From a bacterium (GTDB lineage Bacteria > Hinthialibacterota > Hinthialibacteria > Hinthialibacterales > Hinthialibacteraceae), in the NCBI GenBank assembly GCA_041946805.1, contig JBHGBC010000073.1, positions 1 through 28,191 of the forward strand: a DNA stretch of 28,191 nt. Reading direction: 5' to 3'. Below, one piece after another: positions 7,861 through 15,361 of this stretch (position 1 is the first letter of the stretch; every line of letters begins with the position of its first letter). The translations under genes and the position numbers were made by a program. The notes under the pieces were generated by a model. It did no database searches and had not been told where the DNA came from. It saw nothing but the letters and a program-made list of their open reading frames with translations.

Positions 7861-8898
7861 ATGACCGCCATCGGCATTATCGGTTTGGGCAAGAGCGGAT
7901 TGGATATCCATGTTCCCTGCATCGCGGCCGTTCCGGATTTCCAACTCGTCGCGGGATGCGACACCACACCCGCCCGGAGGGATCTGGCTGAACGGCGGAT
8001 TCCGGGAATCCGTGTTTACGCGGACCTCGGTGATTTTCTGGCGGACGAGCGAGTACGCCTGGTGGTCATTACCACGCCTACGGCCAGCCATGAGGCCATC
8101 GCCTTATCAGCTTTGGCGGCCGGCAAGGACGTGCTGGTGGACAAGCCGCTGGCCTTGGACCTGCGGGGCGCGGACCGGATCCTTCAGGCTGCGCATGACA
8201 CCGGACGCCTCGTGACGCTGTTTCAAAACCGGCGCTGGGAGCCTTCGTTTCTATGCGTCCAGAAGCTTTTGGCGGAAGGTGCGGTGGGGAAGGTTTTGGG
8301 TATCGAATCGCGGCGGGTGCGGATGGATTCCACTCTGGCCTATCCGGCGCAGGAGTTCCATCCGGTCTGGCGGCAGGAGAAACGCTACGGTGGGGGGGTG
8401 ATCTACGACTGCGTTCCTCACGATCTCGACCAGTTGCTGTTATTGGCTCCGGGGGCGATCGTCCGGGTGTACGCGGAAACCAAGACCGCCGTATGGTCGC
8501 GCGAAGTGGAGACGGCCTATTTCGCCAGCCTGACATACGCTGACGGCTTGAACGTCAAGGCTGAAAATTCACGCATTTCCCCGCATACGCTGCCCCGCTG
8601 GTACGTGATCGGCGAAGAAGGGTCGATTCTGATGGAAACCGACAAAGGCCCGGCGGTGCTTCGCCGAACTCAACCGAAAGGACCCGGCCTCCGTGAAATC
8701 CTCGAAAGCGCGCATCCGCTGCCTCCGCCTGTACAACCTGAGGGTGTGCTTTTCTACCAAAACCTGGCCGCGTATCTGCGGGAGGAGGAACCGCTCTTGG
8801 TCCCCCCAGCCTTCATACGGCGGGGGATGGCCGTCCTGCAAGCCATCCGCGATTCCGCCACGGCCGGGCAAACCGTCCCCGTGGACGGGGAAATGTAA
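7861..8898 (+). CDS. Gfo/Idh/MocA-family NAD(P)-dependent oxidoreductase (IolW/YdgJ-like)
   Basis: GIIGLGKSG Rossmann motif, ITTPT.SH, GKDVLVDKP, FQNRRW, GGGVIYD..PH.LDQ; 12 nt after the MFS stop with RBS AAAGGA. Confidence 0.92.
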   Translation: MTAIGIIGLGKSGLDIHVPCIAAVPDFQLVAGCDTTPARRDLAERRIPGIRVYADLGDFLADERVRLVVITTPTASHEAIALSALAAGKDVLVDKPLALDLRGADRILQAAHDTGRLVTLFQNRRWEPSFLCVQKLLAEGAVGKVLGIESRRVRMDSTLAYPAQEFHPVWRQEKRYGGGVIYDCVPHDLDQLLLLAPGAIVRVYAETKTAVWSREVETAYFASLTYADGLNVKAENSRISPHTLPRWYVIGEEGSILMETDKGPAVLRRTQPKGPGLREILESAHPLPPPVQPEGVLFYQNLAAYLREEEPLLVPPAFIRRGMAVLQAIRDSATAGQTVPVDGEM

Positions 8899-8908
8899 TT
8901 CAATTCCA

Positions 8909-9048
8909 CCCCCCAAATTTAAGGAAGGGTAGGAGGGGGGGTTCAGGTAGGATGAATTAGCGAAGCGCAATCCCTCGTAATCCTGGTCATCCTGTGTATC
9001 CTGGCCATCGTGATTCAGACCGTCTTCCCTCTCCCTCGGGGAGAGGGA
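8909..9048. repeat. Cluster of different REP-like elements between convergent genes
   Basis: C-run/G-run element 8909-8941; GTAG-led imperfect palindrome GTAGGATGAATTAGCGAAGCGCAATCCCTC 8947-8976; four tandem 9-mers ATC(C/G)TGnnn 8980-9015; family B hairpin 9026-9048. Confidence 0.65.
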
Positions 9049-9135
9049 TCTTCTTTCTTTGACAATCAGCCTTACGGATCATCCAAAGGGTGAAAGAGCA
9101 AAACTCGTTACTTCATTCATCCCCTCTTTGCGATC

Positions 9136-10044
9136 TCAATCCGTGTCCGGGCTCTCGGATTTCCACTCGCCCGCCGTGACGCGCAGTCCCAACTCCGTGG
9201 CTTGCTGATAAACCATTCCCATCGTCTCCCAAAACCGCTCCGATCCCCGCCAAAAGGGAAAATTGCCCAGACGCTTGGGAAGCGCCGCCGCGACCGCGGG
9301 GGCGTGAACCTCGCCGATTCCGGGATGGATTCCTTCCGGTCCCCCCCAGAAGAGCGCCGGAGCCGCGGGCAGGGGCTCGGGGGGTATGGCCGGCTCCCGG
9401 ATCTTCCCGGCCGGCTCCCGTGAAACGGCTGGCGATTGCGTGACGCGGGACAGCAGTTCCTCCCGGGTCATGCCCCGCAACGTGAAGAGAAGAAACGGAT
9501 CCCGGTCGAATTCCTCCCCCAGCAGGTAAAACACCGCGGCGATGTGCTTACAGGGATTCGACCAATCCGGGCAGGAACAATCGGTTTTCAAATCCGCGTA
9601 CTTCGAGGGAAACAATGACAGCCCCAGATCTTCAAAAACCTTTTCGATTTCCTGCGGCATCTCGCCCGCCGCGAGTTTGGCGGCGAACAGCGGCTGTTGC
9701 GACAGGGCGGCCGCCAACTTTTCCCAGTCCGGATTCGACAACACTTTCATGTTGATCTTGATCGAATACGGCGTGGGGCGAGATCCTTGCACCTTGGACA
9801 GGACCAAGCCTTTTTCGATATCGACGGAGAGGACCTGACCGGACCGTGCGTATGAGCGGCCCCGGCCCAGGCGCGCGCCGATGTGGAAGCTCTCCAGCAC
9901 CTGGATCCACCGCTTCGCCCACCAGCTCTCGCCGAACGCGCCCCGCTTGGTTTGCGCCTTGATGCCTCCCTTCGCCTCCCGCGGCCGCGAAGGGGGATAG
10001 AAATACGTGTCGTAGAAATCGGGGTACCAGCGCCGCCGGGACAT
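9136..10044 (-). CDS. SWIM zinc-finger protein (type usually paired with SNF2 helicases)
   Basis: CSCPDWSNPCKH (CxC-x5-CxH) plus WWAKRW, RLGRGRSYARSG.V and FDRDPFLLFTLRG family motifs; RBS GAGGT. Confidence 0.9.
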   Translation of the reverse strand: MSRRRWYPDFYDTYFYPPSRPREAKGGIKAQTKRGAFGESWWAKRWIQVLESFHIGARLGRGRSYARSGQVLSVDIEKGLVLSKVQGSRPTPYSIKINMKVLSNPDWEKLAAALSQQPLFAAKLAAGEMPQEIEKVFEDLGLSLFPSKYADLKTDCSCPDWSNPCKHIAAVFYLLGEEFDRDPFLLFTLRGMTREELLSRVTQSPAVSREPAGKIREPAIPPEPLPAAPALFWGGPEGIHPGIGEVHAPAVAAALPKRLGNFPFWRGSERFWETMGMVYQQATELGLRVTAGEWKSESPDTD

Positions 10045-10133
10045 GGATTACCTCACACGCGCCGCATGGAATGGCTGCATCTGCTCAATTCCCGTACATT
10101 GAATCTTGGCTCCGACATCCCCTCAAGCTATCA

Positions 10134-10155
10134 ATCCCCCGCAAGCGGGGATCCA
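10134..10155. repeat. REP-like palindrome family C (ATCCCC-GCnAAGC-GGGGATCCA)
   Basis: Similar to TGTCATCCCCGCGAAAGCGGGGATCCAG at 13299..13326. Confidence 0.55.
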
Positions 10156-10248
10156 ATTCGTGTCTGGATTCTGTTGAGATTTCGTGAAAATCCCGGGAGG
10201 AGATTCTCCGTTTCCTCCCGTCGAATCCGGGCAGCGGAATAGCGGATC

Positions 10249-12942
10249 TTAAAAATCCCCGGTCCGTTCGGAGTCAAGCGTTTCGGTGGGAACCGGCCGC
10301 TCGGCCTCCCGGGACTCGTCCTTGGCGGTGATGTCTTCCGTGGTGACCCGCAACACTTCTTCGATGGATGTCACCCCCCCCAGCACCTTGAACAGGCCTT
10401 CCTCGCGGATGGTCTTCATCCCCGTCCGCAGCGAGGCCTGGCGGATGTCCATATTGCTGGCCCCTTTTTCGGTCAATTCGCGGATCTCGGGATTGGGAAA
10501 CAGAATTTCATACACTCCCGTGCGGCCCAGGTAGCCGGTGCCCAGGCATTCGCGGCAGCCGCGGGGCCGGAAAATCGGCTGGCCTTCCAGGAGTTTGCCG
10601 TCTTTTCCGAAGAGGTTGATTTCGCGGGAGGAAGCGGTGGTTTGTTTTTTGCAATGGGGACACAGTTTGCGCACCAGCCGCTGCGCCACGATGCACAGGA
10701 TGGCGGAACTGAGCAGCTTCACGTCCACGCCCAGGTCGATCAGCCGCGACAGGGCGTTGGAGGTGTCGATGGTATGCAAGGTGGAAAACACGAGGTGGCC
10801 GGTGAGCGACGCATTGACCGAGATGGAGGCGGTCTCCAGGTCGCGGATTTCACCCACCATGATGATGTCGGGATCCTGGCGCAGGATCGAGCGCAGAGCG
10901 GTGGCGAAGGTCAGTCCCGTGGCGGTGTTGTGCTGCACCTGGTTGATGCCCTCGAGCTCGTACTCGATCGGGTCCTCGACCGTGATGATATTTTGGGTCC
11001 CGTCGTTCAGGTATTGCAGCGAGGCGTACTGCAGGGTGGTCTTGCCGCTGCCCGTCGGCCCGGTGGCGAGAATCAGACCGTGCGAGGACGAAATCACCTG
11101 GCGGTATCTCTCGAGCGTCTCGGTCCGCATGCCCAGCCGGTCGAGCGGCGCCTTGACGATGTGCTTGTCCAGCAGCCGCAGCACCACCTTCTCGCCCAGG
11201 CGCGTGGGGATGGTGGAAACCCGGATGTTCACCTCCTCGCCCAGAATCACCCGCCGGAAATGACCGTCCTGGGGCAAGCGCCGTTCGGCGATGTTCAGGT
11301 TGCACACTACCTTGACGCAGCTGACCAGCAGGCTGTTCAGCCCCCCTTCCACGGGGATGGATTCGGTCAGCACGCCGTCCACGCGGTAGCGCACCAGCAG
11401 CCGCTGCTCTTCAGGCTCCAGGTGGATGTCGCTGGCGCGGATTTTTTTCCCATACACCATGATGAGGTACAAGAAGTTCAGCATCTGCTCGCGCTGGGCC
11501 ATATCGTGGGGATTGTCCGACAAGGCGCGGCTGCGGGCCATGAACAGAGCGTTCGACTGGATGATTTCCGGCAATGTGAAGGGCGGCTTGATCTGCACGT
11601 TGCAGAAGGGACAGACGCTGAAATCGTAATTGTCGAACAAGTCCGGATTGTCAATGGACCGGTTGCACGCGGGGCAGCGCTTCTTGGGCTCTTCCCGCCG
11701 CCAGCGGTCGATGAAATAGAGGATCAGCCCCAGCAGCCCCGTGTAGCGCACGATCTTGCGCCAGTTGTAGTAAATCACCCGGCGGTTGGGCAGATCACGG
11801 AACAGGATCTTCATGGGGATATACCAGAAGACAATCAACACGCCCAGGCCGATCAGAAAATATTGAAACAACGAGGCGAATTGGGACAGCACATCTCCCG
11901 AGCCCCGGGTAAGATGGTCGATGAATTCCCGCCCCGAGGCCAGGATGCCGCCGAACCAGCCGCGGAGCTGCTCGGTCCGGCTGGGTTCCGGCTCCGGTTC
12001 CGGTGGAGGGGGGGGAGGCACATAGCGTATGGGCGTGGGCTTCGGTTGGAGGGATTCTTTCGCGCGGGCCAACAGCGTGCTTTTCCGGCGGCTTTCGGGA
12101 CTCGACAGGGCCGAATCGTCAACCATGGACAAATAGTGGATCGCCTGAGGATAGTTTTTCTCCTCCGCCGCCATCACGCCCAGGTAAAAGAGGGCTTTGG
12201 GGTGATTCGGCGATCGTTCGAGCAGCCCCAGGAACGCTTCCTTGGCCTCCAGCGAGCCGGCCTTGTCGCGCTGGTATGCCGTTTCACCCCATTTCAGATA
12301 CAAACCGTTGATGATTTCGTCCAGGTTTTTGGCCAAAGGATGGCTCGCGTATTGATCGAGGATGACCTGGTACCGCTCGATGGCCGGGCGGTATTCCTGC
12401 CGCAGTTCCAGCCGTTTGCCGTCATCGAAATAAGCCCGCACGACCTGATTGTCCAACTGCAGCCGCGCCGATTGCAGCATGCCCAGCACCCGCGGATCGG
12501 AGATCTGGCGCTTGACTGTCTCGATATCCTGAATGTCCTTGAGACCCTGGGTCAGCGGATCGTGGGTGGCGAAACTATCGATAAACCGCTTGATTGAGTC
12601 TTCGTACTGATGCTGGGCTTCCTTTTGTTCCTCCGCCGTTTGGGCGGCCCGGATCGCGTCATTGTAGAACTGGATCGCCTCCGTGTAGTTGAGCCGGATT
12701 TCCTCGCTGCGGGCCTTGGTCAACAAGTTGGCGAAGAGAGAACTGGCTTCGATCCGGGCGATCGCGTCCCGCTGAAACGAGAATATCCCCCCCGCGGTTT
12801 CGATCTCGACTTCCCGGCCGCCTGTGTCCTTGACCACCCCTTCGATTTTTTCGCCGCTCTTGAGATAAATCACGTCCGCTCGCGGAATGCCCGCCACCGC
12901 CAGCAGCATGAGAACCATTCCCACCCCTGTTCTGTAAATCAC
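10249..12942 (-). CDS. GspE/PilB-family secretion/pilus ATPase fused to N-terminal signal peptide, TPR region, membrane anchor and zinc ribbon, 897 aa
   Basis: C-terminal half: ASDIHLEP, RYRVDG, IAERRLPQDG, GEKVVLR, Walker A GPTGSGKTT, Asp box TVEDPIEY, Walker B RQDPDIIMVGEIRD, His box TGHLVFSTLHT, AQRLVRKLCPHC...GCREC..TGY.GR. N-terminal half: signal ..AGIPRA|DVIYLKSG, TPR-like helices, poly-Pro linker, hydrophobic segments, CPAC/CPFC. GTG start with AGGAG RBS. Confidence 0.9.
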   Translation of the reverse strand: MIYRTGVGMVLMLLAVAGIPRADVIYLKSGEKIEGVVKDTGGREVEIETAGGIFSFQRDAIARIEASSLFANLLTKARSEEIRLNYTEAIQFYNDAIRAAQTAEEQKEAQHQYEDSIKRFIDSFATHDPLTQGLKDIQDIETVKRQISDPRVLGMLQSARLQLDNQVVRAYFDDGKRLELRQEYRPAIERYQVILDQYASHPLAKNLDEIINGLYLKWGETAYQRDKAGSLEAKEAFLGLLERSPNHPKALFYLGVMAAEEKNYPQAIHYLSMVDDSALSSPESRRKSTLLARAKESLQPKPTPIRYVPPPPPPEPEPEPSRTEQLRGWFGGILASGREFIDHLTRGSGDVLSQFASLFQYFLIGLGVLIVFWYIPMKILFRDLPNRRVIYYNWRKIVRYTGLLGLILYFIDRWRREEPKKRCPACNRSIDNPDLFDNYDFSVCPFCNVQIKPPFTLPEIIQSNALFMARSRALSDNPHDMAQREQMLNFLYLIMVYGKKIRASDIHLEPEEQRLLVRYRVDGVLTESIPVEGGLNSLLVSCVKVVCNLNIAERRLPQDGHFRRVILGEEVNIRVSTIPTRLGEKVVLRLLDKHIVKAPLDRLGMRTETLERYRQVISSSHGLILATGPTGSGKTTLQYASLQYLNDGTQNIITVEDPIEYELEGINQVQHNTATGLTFATALRSILRQDPDIIMVGEIRDLETASISVNASLTGHLVFSTLHTIDTSNALSRLIDLGVDVKLLSSAILCIVAQRLVRKLCPHCKKQTTASSREINLFGKDGKLLEGQPIFRPRGCRECLGTGYLGRTGVYEILFPNPEIRELTEKGASNMDIRQASLRTGMKTIREEGLFKVLGGVTSIEEVLRVTTEDITAKDESREAERPVPTETLDSERTGDF

Positions 12943-13298
12943 CCAATCGCTCCTGTGCCCGGCCCGCCGGTTGCCGGGAGTATACTTTCGCGGGGCCTGC
13001 TGGACACGCTTTTTGCAAATATACTTTTCCCTTATTTATTGTAATGGGAGAAGTCCAAATGTTACAGTATCATCGGTTTTCTCCCCTGTCCACAATATTA
13101 CAATTGTCGAGGAGAAGGAGGGTGAAGGAAAGAGGTTGCACCGGCTTCCCGCCCGTGAAAGGAAAGGAGGACGGGCGCAAAGCAATGCAGCGGGAGTCTG
13201 TTGCAACGTGCCGCGGTTTTTCGATTGGGTTGTCTGTCAATTTCCTCCCCCTGGTCTTCTCCCAGAGGGCTTTTTTTAACTCCAAAGTCTTATCAGGA

Positions 13299-13326
13299 TG
13301 TCATCCCCGCGAAAGCGGGGATCCAG
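13299..13326. repeat. REP-like palindrome family C
   Basis: TGTCATCCCCGC-GAAA-GCGGGGATCCAG: stem with a GNRA tetraloop. Confidence 0.75.
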
Positions 13327-13356
13327 GAAATGGTAATGCCGACGTGCCGCCTGCAT

Positions 13357-13542
13357 CCAATCCCAATGGGATTGAATAGGAATAGGCGGGGGTGACAATC
13401 CCCCGTACCGTTCCCAAATATATCAATCCTTCAGGGATCGATTGATTTTGCGTTCAATCCCTGGAGGATTGTTGTTTTTTTCATCACGGAACCATAGGCT
13501 ACCGCCTACAGTTATTCACATTCATCCCCCGCGGGGATGAAA
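13357..13542. repeat. Nested inverted-repeat (REPIN/MITE-like) element
   Basis: Outer arms 13357-13406 and 13488-13542 are diverged inverted copies (ATCCC..GGGAT-TGAATnnGAATA-hairpin). Inner arms CAATCCTTCAGGGATCGA (13424-13441) and TCAATCCCTGGAGGATTG (13454-13471) are near-perfect inverted copies. Confidence 0.6.
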
Positions 13543-13978
13543 TGCTGTTGCCGGATCAGGACTACTGGGTGCAGATCAGTCCACAAGGGGAGAGAGAGAA
13601 AAGGGGAGTAGGTTTTTCTCCGAAAAGGGTTTTTTTATCGTACAAGAGTGTGGGATTGATGGATTGCGCCACGCTAAGCCGGCCGGCCAGGGAGTTCGTG
13701 GCAGGGGCATTGACCCTGGCCAAGCGAGGAGCGCTCCCACGGGGCGCAGGCAGGCAAGGATGCCGGCGCCGCTAATGCCCTCATCCCGGCGTTTTCCCAA
13801 ACAGAGAGGGAATGGTTTTACAGAGGCTGTGGCATTCGGACACCAGCAGCAGAGGCCTGCGGCAACGAGCCTCTGCCATCTTGGAAGACATGGTGATTTC
13901 ATCCTTAGAGGATTTCTCCCCTCGACGATTTTTCCCTATTCTCTATCTTCTCCAAACCATCTCCCGTAGGCATCTCTT

Positions 13979-15361
13979 TCACGTTCCCCGCAGGCCGTAC
14001 TTGACCATTTTACGTTGCAGGGTACGGCGGTCGATTCGCAGGATGTCCGCCGCCCGCGAGACGTTGTTGCCCACCTGCTCGAGAACCTGGCCAATGTGTT
14101 CTTTTTCCACTTCATCGAGAGAGCGGGGGCCGTGGGGTGGAATCGCGGAGGGGGCCGCCGCCGGGGAGGAAACCGGTCCCGAGGCCGTGAAGGGGATTCC
14201 AGTCGAGAGCAGGGCGAAGATAGTTTCCTTGGTGATGACCTTGTCGTTGGACAACAGCACGGCGCGTTCGCAGATGTTGAAGAGTTCGCGCACGTTGCCG
14301 GGCCAGGAATAGGCCCGCAAGGCTTCGAGCGCGCCGGGGGAGAATTGAAATCCCTTCTGCCGGGCGTGGGAGCGGTCGAGGTAGGCTTCGACCAGCAGGG
14401 GGATGTCGTCCGGATTTTCGCGCAGCGGGGGGGTGGGGATCACCAGCACGGAGAGGCGGTAGTAGAGATCCTGACGGAAGCGCTGGGCGGTCACTTCCTT
14501 GGCCAAGTCCCGGTTGGCGGCGGCGACGATGCGCACCGTGGTTTTGTAAATCTTGGTGGATCCGAGGGGTCGGTATTCGCCGGTTTCGATGACGCGCAGG
14601 AGACTGGCCTGGACGTTGGGGTCCATGTCGGCGATTTCGTCGATGAAGAGGGTGCCCGGGCCGGCCACCGCCAGCAGGCCTTCCTTGCGGTTCACGGCGC
14701 CGGTGAACGCGCCGGAGACATGGCCGAAGAGTTCGTTTTCGAGCAGTTCGGGCTTGAGCGTGGCGCAGTTGATAGCGATGAAGGGATGCTCGCGCCGCTT
14801 GCCCTGGTAATGGAGGGCTTGGGCGACCAGTTCCTTGCCCGTGCCGCTTTCGCCCATGACCAGCACCGGGGCGTCCGCGTCCTTCATGCGTTCGATGAGG
14901 TTGAGCAGGTTGCGGATGGCGGGGCCGCCGCCGACAATGCCGTGCGTGTCCCGCGCGCGCTGGATGAGGCCGCGCAGCTGTTCGTTTTCGCGCCGCACGT
15001 TCCGCTGATCGATGGCCTTGTGAAGATAGATTTCCAGTTCGGGGATGTCGCAGGGCTTGGTCAAGTAATGAAACGCGCCCTGTTGGATGGCCTCGATGGC
15101 GGTGGCGATGGAGCCGTGGCCGGTGAGGACAATGACGGGCAGGGTGGCGTCGATCTCGCGCAGGCGTCGGAGCAGTTCCAGGCCGTCCATGCCCGGCATG
15201 CGCAGGTCGATGACCGCCGCGTCGAGTTCGGAGAACGGTCCGGCGCGCAGGGCGGCTTCCCCGTTTTCCGCATACGCGACCGTATGGCCGCGGCGTTCCA
15301 GGGCGCGGCCCATGGTCTGCCGGAACACGGCGTCGTCGTCAACCAGCAAGATGGTTCCCAT
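13979..15361 (-). CDS. Sigma54-dependent response regulator (receiver + AAA+ + Fis HTH; NtrC/PilR type)
   Basis: LLVDDD...IDLRMPGMDG...LTKP receiver; GESGTGKE, ELFGH..GAFTGA, LFIDEI, FRQDLYYRL, WPGNVREL; HTH NVSRAADILRIDRRTLQRK. Confidence 0.95.
   Translation of the reverse strand: MGTILLVDDDAVFRQTMGRALERRGHTVAYAENGEAALRAGPFSELDAAVIDLRMPGMDGLELLRRLREIDATLPVIVLTGHGSIATAIEAIQQGAFHYLTKPCDIPELEIYLHKAIDQRNVRRENEQLRGLIQRARDTHGIVGGGPAIRNLLNLIERMKDADAPVLVMGESGTGKELVAQALHYQGKRREHPFIAINCATLKPELLENELFGHVSGAFTGAVNRKEGLLAVAGPGTLFIDEIADMDPNVQASLLRVIETGEYRPLGSTKIYKTTVRIVAAANRDLAKEVTAQRFRQDLYYRLSVLVIPTPPLRENPDDIPLLVEAYLDRSHARQKGFQFSPGALEALRAYSWPGNVRELFNICERAVLLSNDKVITKETIFALLSTGIPFTASGPVSSPAAAPSAIPPHGPRSLDEVEKEHIGQVLEQVGNNVSRAADILRIDRRTLQRKMVKYGLRGT

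Noticed and set aside
8980..9015. CRISPR array (here or in 13299-13542)
   Set aside because: Repeats are 9-bp tandem units or inverted palindromes without unique ~30-40-nt spacers, and there are no cas genes.
13150..13210. c-di-GMP-I riboswitch suggested by GAAA...GGGCGCAAAGC
   Set aside because: No GGCAAA 5' element or proper P2/P3 arrangement, and it faces away from the ATPase gene.
12971..13969. Small ORFs in the ATPase-regulator intergenic region
   Set aside because: They run through REP palindromes and lack convincing RBS and protein-like composition.
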